Shown here one piece after another: positions 19,586 through 30,165 of a stretch of 64,000 nucleotides of DNA; position 1 is the stretch's first letter; every line of letters starts with the position of its first letter. A model generated the notes under the pieces. The model searched no databases and was not told the origin of the DNA. It was given only the letters and a program-made list of their open reading frames with translations. A program made the translations under genes and the position numbers. The stretch is from a phage. Location: sequence record PX667085.1; one strand, 5' to 3'.

Positions 19586-21073
19586 TTACACTCCATACTC
19601 GTAAGAAATGTTATCAAGGTCAAAAGAAGGGACAACATTATAAGCAGGAACTATATTATTCTCTGTATATTTACTGTCATCCTCAGTATTAAGTTTAACA
19701 TAAACACGAAGAGAAGTCAAGCGTCCAAAAGCAAGTGCTGCATAAATAACACCTTTGATTTGATCGTTCGTTACTGAAGAACCTAACTCAAAGTAAGCTT
19801 GCAGGTTTTGCAAAGCTTCTACGATGTTTTGTTTTTCTGTTCCACTTAAAGTTGTTCCGTTGACAGTTTGATAAACAAGTTTTACGGAATACATAGCAGA
19901 AGCACCAGGAGAGAAGCGAATAATTTCTTGTCCTCCATCTTCTGTTGTAACTGTTATGTTAGTTGTTCCGTGTGTCAAAGTGTTGATTGGTTTGGTTTTA
20001 TAGATAACATTTGCAATTTCTTCTGCACTGCCACCATAAACTATAGTCTGGAAAGTCATAGCTGGAGCATGTTCTTGATCGTGTAATGTGGGGTTATCGT
20101 AGATTTTCACTTTGGTAACACCATCTGTAAGCAGCAGTGCTTTCACAATAGCTGCTCGTGTCCCCGCATTAGCTTCATCCACATTATCATTGAAACGAGA
20201 GCGGAATTCTGCATCTGTCTCAACATCTCGACCAGGAGAAAACGAATAGAAGTTACCACTATCAAGATAACCTGTAAAGGTAGAAGATATCCCTGTAATA
20301 GACTCCACACCCACCGGATTGTATCCTTTCTCTGCTGCAACTACCGGAATTTCACTCCATTTGGTTCCAACTGGAACACTAGCATAAAATTTGATAGGAG
20401 TTACTAGTCCCACTGGAGTATCGCTGGTTAAAGAAGTAAAACCAATTGACAAGTTACCAGAATCAGAAAATACAAGACTACGATCAGCTTCTGTTAAATT
20501 CGCCTTGATAAAAGTTTCAAGATCGGTTATAAATGTAGAAGAACCAGGTGCAAGTGTTTTACTGTTTAGTCCTCCATCCACCGCACTTTGTGCATAAAAA
20601 GTAATATTTGGAACACCTGTAGCAGTTGCATTAGCACGGGAGATTTGATAAGCTGCAATCTTAGCATTCAACATAGTTGGTGTGCTAACATAGTAGTTCA
20701 TATCACTATCAGAGTTGAAATAAATATCTGTGCCTAGCTCATAAGTCCAAGCTGCTTTGTTATTACTCTTAACATATGCATAACCTGTACTTGCTGCTGC
20801 ACCTGCTCGATAGAAACCGCGTTTAGAAAAGATTTCATCAAGATAAATACCTTCTGCACCATCCAGTGTTTGAGTATTATAAACACCTTGCATACCTTCC
20901 CACAATGTGTAATCTGTGTATGCAATTATTCTAAACAGTTGTCCGATCACAGTATCTTCCGAAGTGGCTGCATCTGCACCAAATGTGTTTTTTACTGCTG
21001 TCATGTAGTTGTTTAAAACATCGTCAAAAGTCGGGATTACAAATCCCGCATCTGTCAAACCATATTCGTCCAT
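19586..21073 (-). CDS. baseplate structural protein
   Basis: 495 aa ORF by position and composition. Confidence 0.35.
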   Translation of the reverse strand: MDEYGLTDAGFVIPTFDDVLNNYMTAVKNTFGADAATSEDTVIGQLFRIIAYTDYTLWEGMQGVYNTQTLDGAEGIYLDEIFSKRGFYRAGAAASTGYAYVKSNNKAAWTYELGTDIYFNSDSDMNYYVSTPTMLNAKIAAYQISRANATATGVPNITFYAQSAVDGGLNSKTLAPGSSTFITDLETFIKANLTEADRSLVFSDSGNLSIGFTSLTSDTPVGLVTPIKFYASVPVGTKWSEIPVVAAEKGYNPVGVESITGISSTFTGYLDSGNFYSFSPGRDVETDAEFRSRFNDNVDEANAGTRAAIVKALLLTDGVTKVKIYDNPTLHDQEHAPAMTFQTIVYGGSAEEIANVIYKTKPINTLTHGTTNITVTTEDGGQEIIRFSPGASAMYSVKLVYQTVNGTTLSGTEKQNIVEALQNLQAYFELGSSVTNDQIKGVIYAALAFGRLTSLRVYVKLNTEDDSKYTENNIVPAYNVVPSFDLDNISYEYGV

Positions 21074-21336
21074 TAGTCATCCTCTTTGGTAGATTGTGAT
21101 CTGCCCCAACGTAAATCAATAAGATTTTTCATGAGGCGAGAAGGGGTTATCATGAAAACAAAAGCCCAACCCATCCATTCAGGAATTTCTTTTTCTATTC
21201 CTAAAAAGATAAACATGCCTGTCATAACCGACATGCCTACAGCGTTCCAGACTTTCGTAGAGCTTACCCCGTTGCCGGGGTAAGTGCAGAACATTCCACG
21301 AATAAATTTTTTAAAACCGTTTTTCTCTTTAGCCAT
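21073..21336 (-). CDS. small two-helix membrane protein (holin-like topology)
   Basis: 87 aa; two hydrophobic segments VGMSVMTGMFIFLGI and WMGWAFVFMITP; charged C-terminus RWGRSQSTKEDD. Confidence 0.35.
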   Translation of the reverse strand: MAKEKNGFKKFIRGMFCTYPGNGVSSTKVWNAVGMSVMTGMFIFLGIEKEIPEWMGWAFVFMITPSRLMKNLIDLRWGRSQSTKEDD

Positions 21337-21672
21337 GAGTACCTCTAAGTGAGATATAAAGATTGAAATACCGCCTAAGCGGTATTATTTACTTTCTAGG
21401 GTTGCAAGCCTTTCTTCAAGAGCTTTTAACTTTTTACGTTGATAAGCCATCTCAATAAAAAACATTTGGTCAGCGCGGATACCCCATCGCGATCCTGCTG
21501 GAGTTATTTCGATAGTTTCTACAACATCTTCTACGATTGTTACTGGATTACCTTACAACCTTCCCCTTCATCAAATAAAGGGATTTCTTTTTGTCCCGTA
21601 ACAACACTATCGTACATAACAGGGTATTCATCATAACACAGAAAAGCATACTTACAATCTTAGTTATTTTAT

Positions 21673-23283
21673 TTATACTATATTGATGGTCCCCGATATA
21701 CTTATGGCTCTTGCTGAACCGTCAGATACATCTGTCCAGTGTGCGTACCGAGTAGTTCCATCTATGAATGTTAATAAGAACTTAGCTGTATTATCTGACA
21801 CCACCTCTAAGGAAACATCGTATAATTGTTTAGCTGAGTTTGCTGTAGCATAGTAAAATGCGTACAGGCCGCCCCTAACTGTACCTCCAAATCCAGATTT
21901 AATGCCATAAACAGGAGCTATATTTACAATTACATCACCTGTTGCTGACGGTATAGCTGCTACTGTTGTAGCTATGGAAAAACTTAATGTGTTATACCAT
22001 ATTCCAGAGGTCAGAGTTTGGCTCGACATCGTTACACCATCAGCACTTGCAAGAACAGCCCCTGAATTGGGTCCAAAGGTCATTCCTGTACGCATTTTTT
22101 CAGCATATCCATAACCTGAAATGTGATTTCTGGCTATCCCTGAATTGTTTTCAAATGAAATCCATATGTCTGTTACATATTGCTCACCCGAAACCTGAAA
22201 ATCTTTTATTGTCGATCTTTGAGTCGTGGTGATCATTGGTAAGGTACTTTTTGCTACTGTGTCATGTCTGGACGGTAATACAAGAATCCCATCAAGAACG
22301 CAGTCCCATGCATCACAAATTACACCAACCCCACCATTACTTCTAGATGGTGCATTATTGGTGTTTTTCCTTACCGGAGTATCAAGAATAATATTTGAAT
22401 ATGTAGAAAAACCTGCGTTCTCTGTGATTACGATACCAACATTCATCTTCCCCATCACGCCTACGCGATTATCAACAGTGTTTCCCCAGGGGTGTGCTTT
22501 ATCAACCACATTTGCGCTCTTATTAAACTTTAGCCCAATTGAATAACCAACTGGCGAAAGTTCACTAAACCAACTGTCAGTTGAATTACTTTCAAATCCT
22601 ACAGAGTTATCAAGCCTTGTATTTGCTACAACCATCGTGAATTTGCTGGCTTTTCCTTCGTAGTTGTTCGTCTCATAGAACCCGCCATTATTAAAACCGA
22701 TGATTGCCCCTCCTTCGTAAGTCCATCCGTAGCAATGGCGAACACAAACACCTTTAGCAGAAATACCTGTTGTGTAATCCTCTGCTACTAAGAAGAGGTT
22801 ATAGCAATTTGTTTTGTTAGCTTTAGTAAAGTGATGGGAACTGCTGTATGTAGGAGTATCTGCTCCACCATCCATTATATAAGCATATTCAGCAGTTAAT
22901 CCTGACTTAACTTTAGCTACAGCGTTCCATCGCACAGTTACATTCTCTTTGTGCATAATAGGAAGGGATGTAAAGAGTATGTCCTCATTGACGAATAGTG
23001 TGCCACCACCATTAGCTGACAACTCAGACATCGCGGCGTTAAAACCTTCTTCTCCGGCCCCCCATCCCCGTACATCACCTTCATCTCTCCAGCGTGACAT
23101 TTGAAGTTCTGGGTACTTGGTAGCTCCAGAAATATCTTTTAACTGGGTGGCTAAAACCACCCCAGTGTCAGTAAGAAAGTTGGAAACTGTGCTTTTAACA
23201 GTCTTATCAGGTTGGTCTAAAACCAGGTAATCAGAACCATTAACTTTTGATGTTTCGGGTAAATTAGTAATTGTAGTTGACAT
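21673..23283 (-). CDS. tailspike-like protein
   Basis: 536 aa; Gly/Asn/Thr-rich repeat character. Confidence 0.4.
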   Translation of the reverse strand: MSTTITNLPETSKVNGSDYLVLDQPDKTVKSTVSNFLTDTGVVLATQLKDISGATKYPELQMSRWRDEGDVRGWGAGEEGFNAAMSELSANGGGTLFVNEDILFTSLPIMHKENVTVRWNAVAKVKSGLTAEYAYIMDGGADTPTYSSSHHFTKANKTNCYNLFLVAEDYTTGISAKGVCVRHCYGWTYEGGAIIGFNNGGFYETNNYEGKASKFTMVVANTRLDNSVGFESNSTDSWFSELSPVGYSIGLKFNKSANVVDKAHPWGNTVDNRVGVMGKMNVGIVITENAGFSTYSNIILDTPVRKNTNNAPSRSNGGVGVICDAWDCVLDGILVLPSRHDTVAKSTLPMITTTQRSTIKDFQVSGEQYVTDIWISFENNSGIARNHISGYGYAEKMRTGMTFGPNSGAVLASADGVTMSSQTLTSGIWYNTLSFSIATTVAAIPSATGDVIVNIAPVYGIKSGFGGTVRGGLYAFYYATANSAKQLYDVSLEVVSDNTAKFLLTFIDGTTRYAHWTDVSDGSARAISISGTINIV

Positions 23284-23291
23284 TTTTACTC

Positions 23292-25445
23292 CTATATATA
23301 AAATTTTTGTGTTGTTACTAAATCTTCTCCAGATTTAGTGGCTAATGTAATTCCACTTATGGTGGCAATCTCAACATTTACCTGTTTAAGAGTGATATCC
23401 TGTAAATAAACGTTCAAAGGCACGTTACCCATATAGAAAACTTGGGATTGAGAATTAACTACCGTGATAGAATCGTGCATTATTTGAGGATAGGCCCATA
23501 TATATTGTGTAAGTCCATTGAACTTATTGGCGTTCAACACTATGTTACCTATAATCATCTTCCAAAGATATGTGCGGTAGTTTGATTCAGGATCAAAGCC
23601 ATACAAAGGTGCAAGAGTAGCATCTGGAACAAAACCTGCAAGATAGTGAATATCAGAATATTCAAAACCTAATTTTTCATGTGGTATGGTAATTGCATCA
23701 AATGCTTTCATCATTTTACCTTCCAGAAGCCAGTCGTAACACTCCGAACAGTAAAAATCAAAAGCTTCAGGAATGTAGTAATCAGACGGAAAGTTAACTT
23801 TCTCCATCAACCCGTTGCCAATAATTGATGGTAAGAATGGAAGCAATGTTACTTTAGCTCCTGGATAAGTTGCTCTAGTATCTGTTGCAAACTTTGTAAC
23901 TCTTAACCCTAGTTTACGAGACAAAAATGCATAGTATTCGTCAAATGGCGTTCCTGTTTTATAATTATCTATTGTTCCTGCATCTTGTGCAAATAAGCCT
24001 GTTTCTGTATTGAATGCCAGTTTGGTAGTGTAATCATATATACAAGGCATTTTACTTGCTGTATTATACCACCACCAAGGTTCACCAATTTGAATGACGA
24101 CTGGAATATTGTTAGCTTGAGAAATAGATGCTATTTTGTTAATAACATTTTGCAAATATTCCATACCTTCATCAATTGTTGGAGATAACACATAACTAGG
24201 CGGCTCATAACCTGTTGCTGCAAGAGCATCGTTCCAATCATGTTGAACCCATTCTACAGGACAAACTGTGCTCATCAACTCAAAACTCAAAGAGTTCATT
24301 ATTGTGTAGCCATTTTCATTAGCTATAGAATGGAAACTGTTAAGCCAAGCTTCTGTAGCCGGATTCAGGAAAACAGATCTATTCAAAGCCCAAGATGTTC
24401 CGTTCCATGAGAACTCATAATAGTGAGACATTCCGTTGTAATGGTTAATCATTCCACGATAACCTAGTGCATATGTATTATAAATAACTCTCTCTGGAGT
24501 CAGGTTATACATATCATCATAAGATGTGCACATGCGAATATCATGTTCAGGCTGGACAAGGTTGCTGACTTTCATCATACTGTAACCAGAAGTAGGTTCA
24601 AGAAGAGTGAAAGTAAACCAAGCCTCTTGACTGGCAATAGGCACAATCTCTTCTATTTCTTCATACCTTGCTGTAATCAAAGAGAAGAAAATATTATCTA
24701 CAGCACTCATATCCAAAGGAATATCATTATTAGGGCCAGAAAAGATATTACCAAAATCTAACTTGATTGTGGCTGTTTTACCATCTTCTGAAATATCTGA
24801 AGCGTAGAATCCTAAACTGACATAATGAACACTTTTATCCAAGAGAGTTACAGTCAAAGTCGGCACCAAAGGTTCTTCTTTAAAACCTGGCATGTTTTGA
24901 CTAATTTCCATTTTAAACCAAAGTTTCTCTGAACTTAAATCTGTGTGGGGTAAATACCCAACACCTTTGTGATCATATTTGTCAACTGTGCTCCAGATAA
25001 CCCCTGCCAAACCTGCTGTTGTTCTGTTTACAAATCTTGCAGTAAAAGAGTCTCCATGAGATACAATAGAACAACTTTCCGTTGCTTGAGAATCTATTGT
25101 CCAATACATAGGAGAGAACATTTTAACGTCTTTTGTAGTCCAAGTTATTGGAGTAGTATTTTCTTGGATAGTAGTTATAATACAATTGATGGTTGTTTCA
25201 ACCATCATGTTATTTTGACTAATCCCTGAAACTTGGAGGGAGAAGTTAAGATCTATTGAGTTCTTTGGTCGTTCAAATACTTCAACCACAATAGTAGCAG
25301 AATCAGCATCATCAGGGAACACAAGTGTTCCCGATTTTGCAATATAATCTCTACCAGCGACTGCTGTTCCATCAACAGTCGTGTAGTTAAATGAACTCGC
25401 ATTTACTCTCTTGTCTCGCGTGACAGTAAATATAGCTTGTTTCAT
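23292..25445 (-). CDS. large tail-associated protein (possible host-specificity protein)
   Basis: 717 aa ORF; N-terminal VDGTAVAGRDYIAKSGTLVF resembles a Calx-beta-like adhesion fold. Confidence 0.35.
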   Translation of the reverse strand: MKQAIFTVTRDKRVNASSFNYTTVDGTAVAGRDYIAKSGTLVFPDDADSATIVVEVFERPKNSIDLNFSLQVSGISQNNMMVETTINCIITTIQENTTPITWTTKDVKMFSPMYWTIDSQATESCSIVSHGDSFTARFVNRTTAGLAGVIWSTVDKYDHKGVGYLPHTDLSSEKLWFKMEISQNMPGFKEEPLVPTLTVTLLDKSVHYVSLGFYASDISEDGKTATIKLDFGNIFSGPNNDIPLDMSAVDNIFFSLITARYEEIEEIVPIASQEAWFTFTLLEPTSGYSMMKVSNLVQPEHDIRMCTSYDDMYNLTPERVIYNTYALGYRGMINHYNGMSHYYEFSWNGTSWALNRSVFLNPATEAWLNSFHSIANENGYTIMNSLSFELMSTVCPVEWVQHDWNDALAATGYEPPSYVLSPTIDEGMEYLQNVINKIASISQANNIPVVIQIGEPWWWYNTASKMPCIYDYTTKLAFNTETGLFAQDAGTIDNYKTGTPFDEYYAFLSRKLGLRVTKFATDTRATYPGAKVTLLPFLPSIIGNGLMEKVNFPSDYYIPEAFDFYCSECYDWLLEGKMMKAFDAITIPHEKLGFEYSDIHYLAGFVPDATLAPLYGFDPESNYRTYLWKMIIGNIVLNANKFNGLTQYIWAYPQIMHDSITVVNSQSQVFYMGNVPLNVYLQDITLKQVNVEIATISGITLATKSGEDLVTTQKFYI

Positions 25446-25453
25446 TTTACCCC

Positions 25454-28330
25454 TTACTCAGTAACGTCCACACTAATGTTTGCCATTGTCAAAACAGTAA
25501 GTGCAGGAATATTGCTCGAATCCAAAACAGGTAATGCATTTTGGGGATTAAGTTTTTTGTATAAAGCATACAACCCAAAACCACGTAACAACTCTCCAGC
25601 GTGGAAGCCAAAGAAGACTCCGTTATCACTGTCTGGTCTAGGAGCGGCACTCCAACAACCATTCATAACGTGATTAGGACCAAGAACAATATAATTTTCC
25701 TGAATAAGTTCAAAACAGCGGTCTGCTACTATTTTAATGTTAGGAATTTCTGAATCATATCCAGCCATCCCCATTATAGCACATCCCGCCATAAAGAGCG
25801 CAGACATGTGACTTGTAAAGTCATCTACAGGCGCAGCCACTTCTCCGTTAGGATAAAATATTGTTGGTGTTCTTCCTTCGTTGTTATCTTGGAACCACTT
25901 CAGATAGTTGATCCAGTTTTTACAAACTGTTAAAAGTTTTTCAGGAACTTCTGCTCCTCGTTGTTTCAGTTCGTATACTGTATGACACGCACAGAAGAAT
26001 GCTCGTGCTTCATAACCATCCCAAGCTTTATCGTTCCAATGATACATTGTGAACTCATTCTTGTTTCCGTATTTATGAGCATCCCAACGATCCCAAACAT
26101 AAGCTTGTGCCATTGGCCCAGGCATTACAGGGGCAAACTTATTATAAAACCACATTTGTGAATCATATAAAAAGTCTATACTGTTGTTCATACGAACCCA
26201 GTCAATATCTCTCCCTTTAAAACAATATAAGGATGGGTATTGATAACCTGGGTAAGGAATACCACGCCAACCGTCATATAATGCTGTATTAGGATCACTA
26301 ATATTGGAAAATGGAATGATTCCTGGAGTATAATTCAAACTGTCAAGTTTGTAGTCCAGTATTGTACAATCTCCAAGTTTTGCTGTATAAGGATTTTCAG
26401 ATGAAACTGTAACCCTGAAATACATTGTGTAATCATCACCAGCGGCTGAAGAATACAAAGATGGGATATCGTTAACGCAATAAAAGTCGATTGCCCCTGT
26501 CAAGCCATTTGCAGGTTCAGAATCCAATGCAATGTTGATCTGATCAACAGCAGTCAGGTTTATTGACGAAGGTTTTGTCTCTGTGTCATCGTGATTAGGT
26601 TGCCAAGTACTTAATTTGAAATCAGCAGGACTTAAAGCTTTAGTAACCCATGCAGAATTTGTTTTTTCTAACATAGCCCACCATCTCCAACCTGCGGAAT
26701 CCGTAATAGTGATGTTAAAATCATCTGCGTATGAACGATACGTAATAGATTTTAAATTGGCTGTTTTAGTTGGTGTTAACCAAAACCCAATAGTAAAACC
26801 ACCATCTGAATCCATATTAGCAGAAACTATCTGATCACTATTTGTCCCAGCAATACCAGTTGCATATTTATATTGTATCACAGTATTGCTTCCCCAGTCA
26901 ACAATGATTCTAGGTTCAGCAATAATATATACACCACCTCCAGGAGGTTCAGTGCGCATAAAACTGGATAAAGGTATATCCATCTTAGTCATATTAGCTG
27001 CACCAAGAGGTAAGCCACAACGATATGTCACTGTGTCTGTTTCACTCTTAGTCTTGCTTAATTCTAACTCTGGACGGAAAAGAACACCTTCCCCTGCATC
27101 ATCTACGCCTTGAAACTCAATACGTAGTTTTGAATTCTGATCCACTCTGAACCAAACTGCCTGTTGTTCTAGAGTTGTTTGTGCTGCAACATCTTGGCGA
27201 ATTACTGTGTATCCTAATTCGTCACGAGAATATTTAGGTATTGCTGTAGATGGGTATGAGTAATCATAAGAAATACCATCTGTAAAAGGAATTATTGCTG
27301 TCGTAGATCTACGGAAGAATTTATCAAACATATCGATGTTTGAGTAGTCTTGACACAGCAATAAAGAAGATTGCCAGCAAAGCCAGTATTTTCTCTCTCC
27401 TGTGATCTGATACATCAAGTAGTTTGCATCACACCACCACGTTTCAGCATCGGAAGCATTATCTTGATAACCTAACTCTACCGGAACGTTTACAGGACGG
27501 TTATGCCACATCTCATTACGTTTAAGTAGATACCCACCGTGTTCTACAGGGTTGCATGTAGCATAGTTGAATTTATAGTCACCGTTCACAGAAGCGTTTT
27601 TAAGTTGCACTGTTCCATATTCTGCAAAGCTATGACCAGTAGATAAAATGTTACCATCCCAATCAACTTTACGTCCTAGACGGTCTATAATCCATTCAAC
27701 GTCCCACTGATCTCCATATTCTTTCCAGTTGGTTGAACCATCTGGGTTAGTTGCATACACTGTTGCGTTAACAGAGTTCCAACCAAGATTACCATTGAAA
27801 GCAAACCAAGCTTTATCTAAGTATTCTCCCCAGTGTGGCGCACCTTTAGGAATAATAGTCCTTCCGTTAATCCAAGTCATCATGCTACCTTTGAACCCAC
27901 CGTGCGTAGGATACCCATCATCTGTGAGAGGGTAATGTGCTAAACGTGGTTCTTTACCATTGATGATCCAGTTGGGACGATATTTAGCCGGAGGATCAGG
28001 AATAGGTTGGCCCCCGAAGAAGTGATCTATATAAGCTTGCCAATACTTCTCGGCAGATTCAAGATATTTTTTATCCCCTGTAGCCAAATATGCATAAGCA
28101 AAACCAGTGATAAGCACAGATTGACCTTCGGTAGTAGCGTCACCGTTTGGTTGCCCTTCCTGCGCTGTCCAGTTAATAAAGTGTCTGTTGTTCGCCAATA
28201 CGTTTTGTGGGTTGATAATGTAATGCTGAACCGTAGGATCTATGGTAAGCCCAGTATTTCTTTCCAAAAACTGAACCAACCCTTCAATCAACTGAAACGT
28301 GTTGTCAATATTGTGCTTAACTCTTGACAT
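25454..28330 (-). CDS. large tail-associated protein, possible polysaccharide-degrading domain
   Basis: 958 aa; aromatic-rich; no catalytic motif confidently recognised. Confidence 0.35.
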   Translation of the reverse strand: MSRVKHNIDNTFQLIEGLVQFLERNTGLTIDPTVQHYIINPQNVLANNRHFINWTAQEGQPNGDATTEGQSVLITGFAYAYLATGDKKYLESAEKYWQAYIDHFFGGQPIPDPPAKYRPNWIINGKEPRLAHYPLTDDGYPTHGGFKGSMMTWINGRTIIPKGAPHWGEYLDKAWFAFNGNLGWNSVNATVYATNPDGSTNWKEYGDQWDVEWIIDRLGRKVDWDGNILSTGHSFAEYGTVQLKNASVNGDYKFNYATCNPVEHGGYLLKRNEMWHNRPVNVPVELGYQDNASDAETWWCDANYLMYQITGERKYWLCWQSSLLLCQDYSNIDMFDKFFRRSTTAIIPFTDGISYDYSYPSTAIPKYSRDELGYTVIRQDVAAQTTLEQQAVWFRVDQNSKLRIEFQGVDDAGEGVLFRPELELSKTKSETDTVTYRCGLPLGAANMTKMDIPLSSFMRTEPPGGGVYIIAEPRIIVDWGSNTVIQYKYATGIAGTNSDQIVSANMDSDGGFTIGFWLTPTKTANLKSITYRSYADDFNITITDSAGWRWWAMLEKTNSAWVTKALSPADFKLSTWQPNHDDTETKPSSINLTAVDQINIALDSEPANGLTGAIDFYCVNDIPSLYSSAAGDDYTMYFRVTVSSENPYTAKLGDCTILDYKLDSLNYTPGIIPFSNISDPNTALYDGWRGIPYPGYQYPSLYCFKGRDIDWVRMNNSIDFLYDSQMWFYNKFAPVMPGPMAQAYVWDRWDAHKYGNKNEFTMYHWNDKAWDGYEARAFFCACHTVYELKQRGAEVPEKLLTVCKNWINYLKWFQDNNEGRTPTIFYPNGEVAAPVDDFTSHMSALFMAGCAIMGMAGYDSEIPNIKIVADRCFELIQENYIVLGPNHVMNGCWSAAPRPDSDNGVFFGFHAGELLRGFGLYALYKKLNPQNALPVLDSSNIPALTVLTMANISVDVTE

Positions 28331-28803
28331 TAAATAACTCCTGCTAAAACTAAGCTACCTGTCCAAGTTGCACCATTATCATAACTGATAAACTCAAAAG
28401 TGTCTGTTGCACCTTGACGATAACTCAAAACTGGGGGACGACCAAAACTCCATTTTACAGAAGAAGGCCATACGACTTTATTTGCACCACTTCCTTGACG
28501 CAAAGCTAAAGTAAAGTTTAAAACTGCATTTGTTGCTACTGGAATATTAGTAAAACTAATTGTGCACGTTGCAGAAGATAAAGTTGCTGAAAAATATTCT
28601 GCTGAACTAATATCTAATGCCAAGGTGCTAGTTACTGTTCCCCGTGCATTCAGACGGTTTCTAGTTACCCCTGCACCACTCAACAGCACTTTCAAAGAAG
28701 TTTTCTTTGTTATTCCAGCCTGATCTGTTACAAAGAAATCTGTATCAGATACAGAGGTTGTTTGTGTAAGATCAGAAATTTTGATCGTAGTTAAATCTGC
28801 CAT
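28330..28803 (-). CDS. tail/baseplate structural protein
   Basis: 157 aa ORF, coupled to neighbours. Confidence 0.3.
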   Translation of the reverse strand: MADLTTIKISDLTQTTSVSDTDFFVTDQAGITKKTSLKVLLSGAGVTRNRLNARGTVTSTLALDISSAEYFSATLSSATCTISFTNIPVATNAVLNFTLALRQGSGANKVVWPSSVKWSFGRPPVLSYRQGATDTFEFISYDNGATWTGSLVLAGVI

Positions 28804-29429
28804 TACTCTTCTACTCCTGTCATAGCTGTTATACCGAAATCATTGTTTGTAGCTAATGCATCACCTTTTTCGTTAACCATGATTCTTTCCACTGCTGACT
28901 CTGTGGACCATTCATTCCACCAAGTAGAGTAGGTATCACGTGGCAAACCAACAAAGTTGATAAAGCGATAAAGTCTATTCGAATTCTCAACAATACTGTA
29001 AGCTTCACAAATGATCGCTGCATTGTCTTCGCCAGCTTCAGGGTAAATAAACTCTTCAGAAGGTTGAGTATTGAATATAGATGTTACTGTATCTGCTCCA
29101 ACTGTGACCATAACTGTCATTGAGTAATAACGTTGGTCCATATCATAAGCAGATTTATAACTGTTTATTGTATCGATGTAAACGTTTTTGGCAATCTCTG
29201 CTAAAAATATTCTGTCTACAATATCTTTCTTTCTGGCAACACCAATAATCTCTTGTAAGTAAGGAACACCAAAGTTAGTATTTAAAAACCACTCCCCACG
29301 ATACGTGTTCAGAGTTATCCCAAGAGTTTGTGCTGCAATTTCTGTTCTGGTTGTGGTAAGGACCAAATCCCCATCGTCCATGATGAGGTCGTTGTTTGGT
29401 CCAAGTTTTAAGTCAAAAGGGATTCCCAT
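28803..29429 (-). CDS. baseplate protein
   Basis: 208 aa ORF by position. Confidence 0.3.
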   Translation of the reverse strand: MGIPFDLKLGPNNDLIMDDGDLVLTTTRTEIAAQTLGITLNTYRGEWFLNTNFGVPYLQEIIGVARKKDIVDRIFLAEIAKNVYIDTINSYKSAYDMDQRYYSMTVMVTVGADTVTSIFNTQPSEEFIYPEAGEDNAAIICEAYSIVENSNRLYRFINFVGLPRDTYSTWWNEWSTESAVERIMVNEKGDALATNNDFGITAMTGVEE

Positions 29430-29430
29430 G

Positions 29431-30165
29431 TTAGGCTCCTGTTGGTTTTAAGGACTCGGCACTTGAGCTACCGCTCTGAATGTTACGAACCGTGTGCGTG
29501 TGAGTATGGAATCCGATGCCATTACCATCTGTCATCAAACCGTTCTGATCTATTTTAAGACCATTGATATCTGCTACGCCGCCTTTGAAAGTTAAATTAC
29601 CACCTTTTAGATCCAAAGTCCCTGTGCCATCTGTAATAGTAATACCGGAGGTAGTAATGTCTATTTTCATCCCTTGACTATTCCATATTGAAATATTACC
29701 TGTAGGGTCGAAAGAAGCGTACGTGTTTTTGTTATTAGAAATAACTACCTTTTCAGAATCTACAGCTTCTGTTGAATCTGTTCCTGTAGCTATTTTGGGA
29801 ATAAAACAAATAGGGTATAATCCACAAGGCTGCATAAAAGTGGATGATGAAGAAGTTTCCCCACTAGTTTGCAGTGCATTAGAAGGATCTCGTTCAGAAA
29901 ATATAACGGTCCCTAAATCTCCTGATTTAATAGGGAATGAGATTCTTCCTGTCCCACCACCATTAACCATGAAAGGAACATCTTCAAAAGTAGGATAATC
30001 TATTTCATCTTCACTAGATCGTGTGTTTTTAACAATAGATTCTAAGGTGACAGTCTTAGCACCATAATTAACGCCAGTCACACGGACTGGCAAGGCTGTA
30101 TGGACTTCTGCTAATTGTTCTGTCATTAAGCCACGCATTGCTGTGACAAAATTCAATGCATCCAT
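29431..30165 (-). CDS. baseplate spike-like protein
   Basis: 244 aa; C-terminal GIGFHTHTHTV His-Thr repeat reminiscent of metal-binding spike apex. Confidence 0.4.
   Translation of the reverse strand: MDALNFVTAMRGLMTEQLAEVHTALPVRVTGVNYGAKTVTLESIVKNTRSSEDEIDYPTFEDVPFMVNGGGTGRISFPIKSGDLGTVIFSERDPSNALQTSGETSSSSTFMQPCGLYPICFIPKIATGTDSTEAVDSEKVVISNNKNTYASFDPTGNISIWNSQGMKIDITTSGITITDGTGTLDLKGGNLTFKGGVADINGLKIDQNGLMTDGNGIGFHTHTHTVRNIQSGSSSAESLKPTGA

Noticed and set aside
21337-21672. Short minus-strand reading frames in three different frames in the 335-bp gap between tail genes, suggesting a frameshifted pseudogene
   Set aside because: Fragments are 20-35 codons with no ribosome-binding sites and no recognisable motif, so the evidence is too weak to call a gene or pseudogene.
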